From: Candidatus Doudnabacteria bacterium
GTDB lineage: Bacteria > Patescibacteriota > Doudnabacteria > UBA920
Direction: 5' to 3'
Assembly (NCBI GenBank): GCA_963837465.1
Contig: CAWINB010000001.1
Coordinates: forward strand, 369,929 to 433,928
DNA: 64,000 nucleotides
The notes below the pieces were generated by a model. The model worked only from the letters and a program-made list of their open reading frames with translations, had not been told where the DNA came from and searched no databases. Below are positions 1 through 9,428 of this stretch, piece by piece. The position numbers were made by a program, and so were the translations under genes. Position 1 is the first letter of the stretch. Every line of letters starts with the position of its first letter.

Positions 1-222
1 GAGCCATACTTAAGCACGTTTGTTTTAATCCTTAAACAAGAAATTGATCGACGCTTACGAAAGCTGTATGATACCCAAAAGTGGTATGGTAACCAAAATT
101 GATTCCGCCGATTATGGTAACAGTTATTAATGAGCTATATCGCGACAAAGTAACCCTTAGCTTAATTCTTGCCTAGAGTGCTATAATTAAGGAAGTCAGA
201 CTTTATAATTAAATGAGAATCT

Positions 223-852
223 ATGAAAATTAAAAAAATAGGCCATTCGTGCCTGCTTATTAATGAGGGCGGCTTGAATATTTTAACCGATCCGGGAAGC
301 TATACCGCCGAAGCGGTTAAAGATTTAAAAGCTGTCGACGTTATTTTAATTTGCGACGAACATATGGACCATTTTGATGTTCCATCCATCCAGGCTTTGC
401 TGAAAAACAACCCGGAGGCGAAAATAATAACCCAAAAAGCGGTACAAAAACTGTTGACCGAAAAAGGCATAAAAAGCGATTTGCTTTTGGACAAAGAACA
501 GACGGAAATTAAAGGAGTAAAATTTGAAGGTTGCGGCCAAAAGCACGCGCTGCTGCACTCCTCCATTCCCCAGTCCGACAACACCGGCTACATAATCAGC
601 GACCGGTTCTTTTACCCCGGCGACGCCTTAACCATCCCCCACAAACAAATAGAAGTCCTGGCGCTGCCCGTAAGCGGCCCCTGGCTAAAAATGTCGGAGG
701 TCATTGATTACGTCCTGGCTGTTAAACCCGAATTCTGCTTCCCGGTACACGACGGCATGGCTAACAGCGCCTTTATGGCCAATATGATAGGCCGGATGGT
801 GGAAAAAGAAAACATAAAAATGGTGGCCGCCGATGGTGAGATGGAATTTTAA
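223..852 (+). CDS. MBL-fold metallo-hydrolase (beta-lactamase-like)
   Basis: 209-aa ORF with the HxHxDH-type metal-binding motif (CDEHMDHF) and downstream His/Asp ligands (HDG) typical of the metallo-beta-lactamase fold. Confidence 0.75.
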   Translation: MKIKKIGHSCLLINEGGLNILTDPGSYTAEAVKDLKAVDVILICDEHMDHFDVPSIQALLKNNPEAKIITQKAVQKLLTEKGIKSDLLLDKEQTEIKGVKFEGCGQKHALLHSSIPQSDNTGYIISDRFFYPGDALTIPHKQIEVLALPVSGPWLKMSEVIDYVLAVKPEFCFPVHDGMANSAFMANMIGRMVEKENIKMVAADGEMEF

Positions 853-1021
853 AGACCCGCGGTGTTATAATAAAAATATCCGATTGGGAGACAATCGAAG
901 ATTGGAGGCTGTATGACGGCCCAAAAACCGGGCCAAAAAGAAGAACCGGCAGTGATGCCGGTAGGAAACCAATGCGTGGGGCCCTGGGGGTTTATTTAGG
1001 GTCCGACTAACAAAAGAAGTT

Positions 1022-1468
1022 ATGATGGGGTCGTTATTTGAAATCATACTACCCTACGGAACTTCTTCCATAATAGCAGGCCTTGCCGCTGGCCTGCTGG
1101 AGAAATATCAGGCTGGCAAACTGGCGGCCATACTTTTGGAGTGGTTGGCGGAAAATTCCGCTTACTACATTACTGCTTGGTTTTGCAAACGCTTTAGGAT
1201 CATGGAACAAAAACAGGCCGACTCCGAAAAAGAGCCGCTGAAAGAAATGATCGTGGTTGAGGCGTTTGACATAATGGTTCGCTTGGGCCTGTTTTGGCTG
1301 GCCAGCGAACTGCCGGAGCGGCACAGAAGCCTGGGCGCTTTGGCGGCAACTTCAATGGCAGACATCAGCTTTATGATTACGCTGAAAAGGAGCCACCAGC
1401 TCCTTAAGATCTGCGAGGCTTGGTCAAACCGGCCTAGGCCGTTAGTTTTGCGCTTTGAGCCGGCTTAA
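1022..1468 (+). CDS. hypothetical protein
   Basis: 148-aa ORF with coding-like composition but no recognisable motif. Confidence 0.35.
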   Translation: MMGSLFEIILPYGTSSIIAGLAAGLLEKYQAGKLAAILLEWLAENSAYYITAWFCKRFRIMEQKQADSEKEPLKEMIVVEAFDIMVRLGLFWLASELPERHRSLGALAATSMADISFMITLKRSHQLLKICEAWSNRPRPLVLRFEPA

Positions 1469-1474
1469 GTGGCG

Positions 1475-2710
1475 CGAGGCGGTTTCCCCCAAGTTACCGT
1501 TCGGGAATCCGTTGTTAGTAATCGCTTTTTTCGAAAAAATTTATTTTGTTAATTCCTAAAGTTTTTAAAGTTTCAGGCCACAGGGCCTGTTTTTTAATGG
1601 TAAATTCCAGGGAGCAGTGTTTGTTTAAATATTTAAATTTTTTGTCGCAATCGGTAAAAGTCTTGCTGCGGCGCCGAATCATCCAGGCGTTAAGCCAGCG
1701 ATTTGCCGACTTAAAACTCTGGAAACCCTTGATGGTTTTAAGGCGGCCGTTTAAGTGGGAATTAAAAAGTTCTATGAGGTTGGTGTTGTTGGGACAGTCT
1801 TTGACTTTCAGGTAATTAAACAAGGCTTCGCGTCTACGCTTAACTTCCCAGATAATATCCTGGAGTTTGGGGCTGTGTTGGGCATGATTTCTTAAGACAT
1901 GCTCCAGTCCGGCGTCAATTTTTTCCTCATCCGCTCCTTCGGTAAACACATGGAGCTTAAGTGAATTAAAAAAGTGTCTGTAGCGCTCCTCGGTTTTAAC
2001 CCTAAGCACAGCGCGGATGTTTTCCAGGAAGTGGACATGGCAGAGCTGCAGCCGCGCGTAGGGAAAGACCTTGTTTAGAGCCTGTTTTATGCCTGCTCTG
2101 TCATCGGCGACAACTATTTTAAGGTTGTAGCCCAGGTCTTTTAGTTTCTGAAAGTACTGGGAGAAAGCCGCTTCGTCCTCAGAAAAGAACAATTCTCCGT
2201 GTAAAATATCGTGAGTCAGGTAATCAATGCCGAACAGGAATGGAATCTTCCGCTCAAAGCCTTTAACCGCGATGTATTTGCCGTCAAGGATTAAAATCCC
2301 CTGGCAGCGGGCCAAATCACAGAGGGTTTTGGTCAAAAAGTCGTTTTTTGGCAGCTGATCCAGCTCTGTGATGACGCGCGCGTAGGTCTGGGGCCCTGAC
2401 AGGGTGTTTTCATCGCCTAAGCGTCTAAAGCCCACGCCGTCAATATGCTCTATCCAAAGGTTGTGAGAATCCTGGCCGTGGTAAATGGAAAAGGTGCGCT
2501 TACAAAAATGGCAGAGGTAGCGATGACTCTTGCCATCCTTACCAAATTTAATTGTTTTTAAACTGCTGCAATGTGGACAAACATGGCGACGTTTTTTTTG
2601 GCATGACTAGATTCCTTTCTTAGTTAACTGGTTAAACCTTGGTTTTATCGCTTAAGCTTAACAGGAACATCTGATTTCACCAACGGATTTCCGAACGGTA
2701 TCTTCCCCCA
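1475..2710 (-). mobile_element. IS1595/ISXO2-like insertion sequence (about 1.24 kb) with imperfect roughly 38-bp terminal inverted repeats
   Basis: Left end 1475..1514 (cgaggcggtttcccccaagttaccgttcgggaatccgttg) is the near reverse complement of right end 2671..2710 (caacggatttccgaacggtatcttcccccaaaccgcctcg). The ends bracket a single transposase gene. No clear target-site duplication was seen, so the boundaries are approximate. Confidence 0.55.
1515..2601 (-). CDS. DDE transposase, IS1595/ISXO2-like, whose N-terminal zinc-ribbon is in a different frame from the catalytic body (A8 tract at about 2588..2595)
   Basis: The 306-aa track ORF (1515..2435) has the DDE-region motif DDRAGIKQ...LQLCHVHFLEN. 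The same frame stays open upstream without an ATG and encodes CPHCSSLKTIKFGKDGKSHRYLCHFCKRTFS, the zinc-ribbon typical of IS1595/IS1-type transposases. An ATG at 2599..2601 joins this frame only if the A8 run is read as A7. This is either a +1/-1 frameshift or a homopolymer error. Confidence 0.6.
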
Positions 2711-2768
2711 AACCGCCTCGGATTTTAATTTTAAATCCATATAAATTTATTTTTCAGACAAACTAAAA

Positions 2769-2805
2769 CTCCGTCCCTCGACTTCGCTCGGGACGGAGTT
2801 TTTTG
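2769..2805. terminator. bidirectional rho-independent terminator hairpin
   Basis: ctccgtccc - loop - gggacggag (a 9-bp GC-rich stem) followed by TTTTTT. It sits just downstream of the minus-strand CDS ending at 2825. Confidence 0.5.
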
Positions 2806-2824
2806 GCACAATCAATAAAAATGT

Positions 2825-4226
2825 TTACTGACCGCCGCTAGTAACGGAAACCGCCGTGGAAGTTGAGTTATAAGTCCTGGAAAGATCCTGGACTATGGTT
2901 GCGGTAAGGTTGGTTGAACCGGAAACAGCCGAACCCCAAACTTTTACCTGGTCATTGACCTGGAAGTTGGAAAGGCTGCCGCTGTGGCCGTGTTCAAACC
3001 TGACCCTGGCTTTGCCGGCATCCACGCTGTAGCTGGTGCTGCTGGCGTTAACGACAGTTAAACTAGTACCGCTAATCGCCTGGAGCGCTCCGGTTACCGT
3101 CATAGAAGAAACTTTAATGGTAACGCGTGTCGCCGTAATGTTGCTGTTGGTCCTGTCCCAAACTCCGCTGACAGTTACGGTTTGTCCCGCTGCCACCGCG
3201 GACAGGCTGGAAGTTTGCGAGCCCTGTTTAAAGACAGTCGCGCTTGTGGTATTTACAGTCTGGCTGCCGCGGTCTTTGCTTTGCAAAGTAAAACTGGATC
3301 CGTTAACCGCGGTGACCGTGCCCACAAAGGTGCCCGGAACGCGCCTGAAGCGACATATCGCGGACTGTGGAAGCGGTAACGTTGTCGCCGTTAACCAGGC
3401 CGCGAACCTGCAAACTATCGCCAACCTGCAATTCGCTTAAAGTGGTGGAAGCGCCGTAGCGGCGGGCGATCTTTTTAACGCTGGAAGCGTCCACCGTGTA
3501 AGTGGTGGAACTGGTGCCGGAAGAAGTAACGGTTAAGGTCGTGCCGGAAATGGATGTCAAGGTGCCGGTTATGGTTTCGGTCTTTACCACTATAGTGACA
3601 ACGGAAGCGGCAACCGTACTGGCGGTGCTGTCCCAGACACCGGAAACGTCCACATTTTCACCGGTGGTTATATTGCTCATGCTGACGGATGTTTGTCCGA
3701 GTTCCTTAAAAGTAGTTGAAGAATCGGTATTTACAGTCTGGGCGCCGCGATTTTTGCTGGCTAACACAAAACTACCGCCGTTGACCGAGCTGACCGAACC
3801 GCTGAAGCTGGCATTCTTTTGCTGCTGCGACATATCGCGAATGCTTGTGGCGGTAATGTTGGTACCCGAAACCGCACCCTGTACGTTAAGCGTATCGCCG
3901 GTTTGAATGTCGGTAATGGCCATAGTTGAACCGTACTTGCGCAAAAACTTGGCGCCCGAAGCGTCCACGCTGTAGCTGGTGCCATTGCTGCCGGTCAAGG
4001 TTATGGTCGTACCGCTGGCTGAAGCCATCGTCCCTGTTACAACTTTGTGGACAGCGGCTTGATCGCTGTGCTTTAGGCTCATCATCGTGCTGCTGGAGTC
4101 TGTGCCCATGCGCGTATCACGCATTTCCATCATGGATTTCATGCTGGCGCCGCCGGCCGCAAACGCCAAAGCCGGGACGAGCATGGAACCGGCCAACATT
4201 AAGGCAAAAAATTTCTTTAAGTTCAT
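2825..4226 (-). CDS. secreted DUF5666-like beta-repeat protein (signal peptide plus at least four roughly 70-aa repeats), frame change around 3303..3424
   Basis: The N-terminus MNLKKFFALMLAGSMLVPALAFA is a signal peptide. The repeated unit (GT.TAVNG.S.TL.S..G...TV......F..G.....S.I..G..V.V.G........ITA..V.D) continues unbroken from the 307-aa ORF (3303..4226) into the 199-aa ORF (2825..3424). This indicates one gene carrying a frameshift. Confidence 0.55.
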
Positions 4227-4434
4227 TTTTATTGTTTCCTTTTGTTATTTTATTAATTATTTTTAAACTTTATATTGTGTGCTTTGACTAGTCGACCTTT
4301 AATTATTGCCGCTATAATTTAAAACGTCTGTGTTTGATAAAAGTTTCAGCCTTATGAATATAGCAGAAATAGCGCTTATTTTGAAGTTACGGAAATTTAG
4401 GCTAGAATAAAAGTATTATTTAAGTAATCCACGT

Positions 4435-5163
4435 ATGGATAAAATCCCGGGCACAAAATTTGAGATTTATAAAGCCCCAGGCCCGCGGGCGGCAGCGGCC
4501 GAAGGCGGGGAAATTTTAAGCGGGCTTTTGGCTCAAAACCAAAAACGCCCTGTTTTATTAATGCTTTCAGCAGCATCTTCCTTGGCTTTACTGGATTACG
4601 TCGGCATGTCATCTTTAGGGGAAAATTTAACTGTTTCGATGCTGGATGAACGTTTTAGCCAGGATGAAGCCGTAAATAATTTTTCCCAGTTGCAAAAAGT
4701 GGAATTTTATAAAGATGCCTTAAACGCGGGCTCTAATTTTTTTGGCACTCTCCCCCGTCCCGGAGAAACCATGCAAGAGCTGGCCGCCAGGTGGGAAAAA
4801 AATTTACGGGCGTGGAAACAAGAAAACCCTACCGGTTTGATTATGGCGACTTTAGGCATGGGACCCGACGGCCACACCGCCGGAATTTTTCAGTTTGACG
4901 ATAAAAAAGAATTTGACGGTTTATTTAATGGCGAAAGCTGGATAACCGGTTATGACGCTGCCGGCAAACATCAGTATAATCTCCGGATAACCACGACCCT
5001 GACTTTTTTAAAACTTATTGATATCGGCCTAGGCTACGTCTGCGGCTTGGATAAAAAAAACAAGCTTGATGAGCTTGTTGCAAACCAATCATTAGTAAAT
5101 AAATTTCCGGCGATGTTCTGGCGCGAAATAAAACAAATAAAAATTTTTACTGATTTAGAATAA
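4435..5163 (+). CDS. pgl: 6-phosphogluconolactonase / glucosamine-6-phosphate deaminase family protein
   Basis: Family motifs are present: DERF, LGMGPDGHTAGIF (the GxGxDGHTAS-type active-site motif) and C-terminal RITTTLTFL. Confidence 0.7.
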   Translation: MDKIPGTKFEIYKAPGPRAAAAEGGEILSGLLAQNQKRPVLLMLSAASSLALLDYVGMSSLGENLTVSMLDERFSQDEAVNNFSQLQKVEFYKDALNAGSNFFGTLPRPGETMQELAARWEKNLRAWKQENPTGLIMATLGMGPDGHTAGIFQFDDKKEFDGLFNGESWITGYDAAGKHQYNLRITTTLTFLKLIDIGLGYVCGLDKKNKLDELVANQSLVNKFPAMFWREIKQIKIFTDLE

Positions 5164-5312
5164 AAATACTTGGCCACTCGACACCATGTGTCCATCCCGG
5201 GCGAGCGCATCCGAGACCCGGGATCCAGATCGCCGCTTTGCTCTGGATCCGGATATTTTTACAGCCCTAAAAATTCCGGGTGGGCGCATGGCGCTACCCA
5301 AACAAATAACTC

Positions 5313-6641
5313 TCAAGGTTTAAAGCTGTTTACAATAGCGTCAAATTCCTTATTTGTAATCATCTTGTGCTTTTCCACAATCACCTGCCTCAGCGTTTGG
5401 CCCGAAGCCACGGCTTCCTTTACGCATTTACTTACTTCTTCATAGCCCAGTTTTGGGGTCAGTAAAACCCCGTAAGCAGTGGAAAGTTCCAACAACTCCC
5501 CGCAGCGTTCTTTGTTGGCTTTAATGGAAACCACGCAGGTCTTGGTAAATTGCTGTAAAACCTCGCTGGTCAGTTTTAATGTTTGCAGCAGGCGGTCGGC
5601 AATGGTCGGGAACATAACGCCCAGTTCCAGCTGCGCGGCGTGGGCGGCGTGTTCAATGGTTAAATTATTGCCGGAAATTAAATAATAAAGCTGGTTTACT
5701 GTTTCCGGCATAACCGGATTTACTTTGCCGGGCATTATGGACGAACCGTTTTGCAGTTCCTTTAAGCTGATTTCCCCCAAGCCGCCCCGCGGACCGCTGG
5801 CCAGCAGCCTAAAATCACTGGCCATTTTTGAACAGTCCAGGCACAGCGCCGTTACTGCCTGGGAAATAGCCAGAAAATCGGTCTGACTGCTGGTGTGGGC
5901 CATTAAATTTTTCGCCGGCGAAAAACGCTGGCCGGTAATTTTATTCAATTCCCTGTAAACGATTTTAATGTATACGGGGCTGGCGTTTACGGAATTGCCC
6001 AGCGCCGTGCCTCCCAGGCTCAAAATCTGGCTGTAATAAACCGCGCGGTTTATTTTTTCCTGGTGCCAGCGGATAATCTGGGAATAGGAAGCAAATTCCG
6101 CGCCCAAAGTCGTGGGAGCCGCGTCCTGCAAGTGAGTGCGGCCCAGCTTAACCACATCTTTAAAACCGCGGGCTTTGTCCTCCAGCGCTTTGGCCAAATT
6201 TTCCAGTGTCCCCTGCAGTTCCTGGGTCAGTTTCAATGACGCCACTTTTATGGCCGAAGGGTTGACATCGTTCGTAGACTGGCTGCGGTTAACATGGTCG
6301 TTGGGATGGACTGTAATATTTTGTCCGGCTTTTTTTAAAATTTCCGTGGCCCTGCCGGCTATAACCTCGTTGACATTCATGTTTATGGATGTCCCGGCCC
6401 CGCCCTGCAGCGCGCGCAAAGGGAACTGGTCCTTATAGCCGCCGGCCAAAACATTATCGCAGGCTTTTACAATGGCGTTTTTTATCCCGCGGCTAAAATT
6501 GCCGGCTTCAAAATTAGCCGCGGCGGCCGCGCGTTTGATTTGCACCAAAGCGAAAATAAACTCCTTGTGGACTTTGTAAACGTGGAAAGGAAAATTCTTG
6601 ACGGCTTTTTCGGTTTGCGGCCCGTAGTATTTTTTACGCAT
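5313..6641 (-). CDS. aspA: aspartate ammonia-lyase / class II fumarate hydratase (lyase-1 family)
   Basis: The lyase-1 signature GSSIMPGKVNPVMPETVNQ is present. The VNPVxPExVNQ form is aspartase-like rather than fumarase-like. The N-terminal YYGPQTEKAVKNF matches the AspA/FumC N-terminus. Confidence 0.8.
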   Translation of the reverse strand: MRKKYYGPQTEKAVKNFPFHVYKVHKEFIFALVQIKRAAAAANFEAGNFSRGIKNAIVKACDNVLAGGYKDQFPLRALQGGAGTSINMNVNEVIAGRATEILKKAGQNITVHPNDHVNRSQSTNDVNPSAIKVASLKLTQELQGTLENLAKALEDKARGFKDVVKLGRTHLQDAAPTTLGAEFASYSQIIRWHQEKINRAVYYSQILSLGGTALGNSVNASPVYIKIVYRELNKITGQRFSPAKNLMAHTSSQTDFLAISQAVTALCLDCSKMASDFRLLASGPRGGLGEISLKELQNGSSIMPGKVNPVMPETVNQLYYLISGNNLTIEHAAHAAQLELGVMFPTIADRLLQTLKLTSEVLQQFTKTCVVSIKANKERCGELLELSTAYGVLLTPKLGYEEVSKCVKEAVASGQTLRQVIVEKHKMITNKEFDAIVNSFKP

Positions 6642-6743
6642 AAATTATTTTTTGGATATCGAGAAGTTACCGTATCAATTTAGTTTTGTAGGGGCTGGCT
6701 AAAGCCAGCCCGCTTTCTGTCGACGGGCGGGCAAGCCCAGCCC

Positions 6744-8030
6744 TTACAAAGCCTTATCTGTCTTATACATGTTTAACTGTAAATTTCCCGGGCCGCCCAA
6801 GGACAGCACTTCTTTAATGGCTTTGACCGGATTTTGGACTTTAAGCTTGTGGATATTTTCCTTAACGTGCTGGTAAGCGTCCCTAAACGGCATCCCCTCT
6901 TTAACCAGGCGGTTGGCTTCGTGGACCGCGAAAAACTCCGGCGCCAAAGACTTCATCAGCACGGGCTTGTTGGGTTTTATCCCGGACATCACCAGAGCCA
7001 CAACCTCCAGGCTGCGGCGCGCTATACCCATGCCTTTTATCAGCGGCTCTTTGGTCAGCTGGGTATCGCGATTATAACCCGAAATTAAATTTTTGGAAAT
7101 ATCCTTAACCTGGGTCTGCAGCGCCACTATGACATTCACGTTGCTGCGCACAATTTCAAAAATATCGGGATTGCGCTTTTGCGGCATTATGGAAGAGCCG
7201 GTGGTAAATTCCGGAGGCAGATGGAAAAAATTATATTCCGGCGTGGTAAACCAAATCATCTCGTTGGCCAGCCTGCCCAGAGTCATCATAATTTTGGTTA
7301 AAACGGAAAGGATATAGCTTTCCGTGGTGCCGCGGCTGTTAACGCAGTAGAGCGAATTAACCTGGACGCGTTTAAAGCCCAAAAGTTTTGTGGTCAGATT
7401 TCGGTCCAGCGGCATGTTAACGCCAAAACCGGCCGCCGCGCCCATGGGATTTTGGTCGTTCAGCCAGTAAGCGGTTTCCAAAAGTTTGTGGTCGTTGGTC
7501 AGCTCTTCAAAATAAGCCGCGGCCCAGTGGCCCACGCTGGAGGGCATGGCGCGGCGGGTGTGGGTGTAGCCGGGCATGGGGATAAACTCGTAGCGTTTGG
7601 CCATAGCCAAAAAAACTTTTTCCAGTTTTATTAATTCCGCGCTAATCTGCTTTATTTTTTTGCGGCTGTACAGGCGGGTGGCCACCAAGACCTGGTCGTT
7701 ACGCGAGCGGCAGGTATGGATTTTTTTGCCCAAATCCCCCAGCTTTTCCACCAAGTGGCCTTCTATGGCCGTATGGCAGTCTTCGTCGGATTGTTTAATT
7801 ACAAACTTGCCGTCCTGGCGCAATTTCAAAATCTCGTTTAAAGCTTTGCTTAACTTTGCGTACTCGGCCTTGGTTAAAATCTTAGCCTTTACCAAAGCCG
7901 CCGCGTGGGCTTTACTGGCCTGGATATCAAAAGGCAGCAGGCGCATGTCCAAAATATAATCATTGCCTACTGTGTATTTTTCCACGAGAGGATGAAGTTT
8001 GGTGGATTTGGTTTGCCAAAGTTTTGCCAT
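6744..8030 (-). CDS. argH: argininosuccinate lyase
   Basis: The signature GSSIMPQKRNPDIFEIVRS matches ArgH GSSIMPQKKNPD. The N-terminal MAKLWQTKSTKLHPLVEKYT...LLPFDIQASKAHAAAL follows the ArgH pattern. Confidence 0.85.
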   Translation of the reverse strand: MAKLWQTKSTKLHPLVEKYTVGNDYILDMRLLPFDIQASKAHAAALVKAKILTKAEYAKLSKALNEILKLRQDGKFVIKQSDEDCHTAIEGHLVEKLGDLGKKIHTCRSRNDQVLVATRLYSRKKIKQISAELIKLEKVFLAMAKRYEFIPMPGYTHTRRAMPSSVGHWAAAYFEELTNDHKLLETAYWLNDQNPMGAAAGFGVNMPLDRNLTTKLLGFKRVQVNSLYCVNSRGTTESYILSVLTKIMMTLGRLANEMIWFTTPEYNFFHLPPEFTTGSSIMPQKRNPDIFEIVRSNVNVIVALQTQVKDISKNLISGYNRDTQLTKEPLIKGMGIARRSLEVVALVMSGIKPNKPVLMKSLAPEFFAVHEANRLVKEGMPFRDAYQHVKENIHKLKVQNPVKAIKEVLSLGGPGNLQLNMYKTDKAL

Positions 8031-8112
8031 AAAAGTTAGCCGTTAGCGTTTAGCATCTAGTGTATAGGGTTTAGTCACTAGACGCTAAACGCTATACCCT
8101 TTACGCTATTTA

Positions 8113-9093
8113 CTATTTAATTGATAAAAGTTTTTTTCCGTTAATTGACGCTATGTCAGCCAATTTTTCAAAATCATAAAACCTGCAGGCTTCCATTAAC
8201 ATACGAAGCTCTATCCACATATCACCGTCCACGAACGGCAGGTAAAAATCACAAACATTATCTACTCCCAAACCCACATTAATGCCGGCCTGGAGCATCT
8301 CGGGCACATTAGCTATAGAATTATGCATTGGACTTACACTGTCTTCAAACATGACCTGAGAAAGCATGGCCGAAGGCGAGCAGGCTACGTGCATGCCCAC
8401 ATCGGCCATTTTTTTGTAAAGGTCCGTTCTATAAGCTTTGGGTTGGGCAGAGGGAGAAACCGCGTGAACAGCGACTACCCGGCCCTGATAGCCGTGTTTG
8501 ATAGTGGCATTGACCAATTTTTCAGTATCGAATTCGTCGTGACGGTTCAGTTGGTCTATATGCGCGTGAATAGGCTTGTTTAAATTTTTTGCGATGCTGA
8601 ACATCACGTCCATATTTTCTTCCTGGCGGGGACGATCCTTAGATGGCAAACCGCCTGCTATGTCGGCTTTGGCAGTAATTTCTTCATAAAGCTTTTGCGC
8701 TTGCGGAGTAAGCAGTCCGTCCAAAGGCTGAGTCGCTATCACAACCTTGATTTTTCCTTCGAACTCTTTTCTGACTTTTAGCGCGGCATTTATGGATTTA
8801 TGGCCAACGGCACTGTAAGCATCAACAAAAGTCATGGTAAACCGGCACCCTTGGGCCACTAAAATATTGAGGCCGGTTCTAATACGCTCTTCAATTTGTT
8901 CCTGAGTTGAGTTAATTTTGATATCATCGCTCAAGCGCCATTTTTCTTCCATGGTAAATTTCATGCTTTGATCCAAGGTCTCTTTGCTAATATAAAACGC
9001 CTTGTCAAAATGCGCGTGGCAGTTTACAAAACCGCCTTTTTGTTTTATGGCTTCCAGTAGTTGTGATTTTAGGTCCCAGGGGTGGTTTGTCAT
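8113..9093 (-). CDS. amidohydrolase-family metal-dependent hydrolase (cytosine-deaminase-like)
   Basis: N-terminal VNCHAHFD and a later HAHIDQ give the His pairs of the amidohydrolase TIM-barrel metal site. The substrate is not assignable. Confidence 0.55.
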   Translation of the reverse strand: MTNHPWDLKSQLLEAIKQKGGFVNCHAHFDKAFYISKETLDQSMKFTMEEKWRLSDDIKINSTQEQIEERIRTGLNILVAQGCRFTMTFVDAYSAVGHKSINAALKVRKEFEGKIKVVIATQPLDGLLTPQAQKLYEEITAKADIAGGLPSKDRPRQEENMDVMFSIAKNLNKPIHAHIDQLNRHDEFDTEKLVNATIKHGYQGRVVAVHAVSPSAQPKAYRTDLYKKMADVGMHVACSPSAMLSQVMFEDSVSPMHNSIANVPEMLQAGINVGLGVDNVCDFYLPFVDGDMWIELRMLMEACRFYDFEKLADIASINGKKLLSIK

Positions 9094-9428
9094 TTTTGGT
9101 TTGAGGTTAATGGTAAAAATTTTTGCGTTAATTTATTTAGAATCTATTTTAAAAATAGGTTCTTAGGTTATCCGCCGTCGCCAAGGCTATGGCGGATTGC
9201 CCTCTATATAATAATTATAATATCGTGGGCAAAAAAATAACCCCATAGCCTGCGCGGGCTTGGGGCTTGAAACTGTAAAATTGTGGTGGATAAATTTATC
9301 GGGCATTGGATTGTTTGTTTATTATCCAGTATAAGATATCAGAGCCATAAATAGCCGTCAAGCCCATTTGAATTTTACCGCGAATTGGAATATGATAGAA
9401 GCATAGGAAGCTTCCCTCAAAGACAGCC

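Noticed and set aside
300-584. 94-aa and 70-aa minus-strand ORFs inside the MBL hydrolase gene
   Set aside because: They are antisense to a CDS with clear family motifs and have no features of their own.
1546-1815. 89-aa plus-strand ORF inside the IS
   Set aside because: It is antisense to the transposase gene and is not a known IS1595 accessory ORF.
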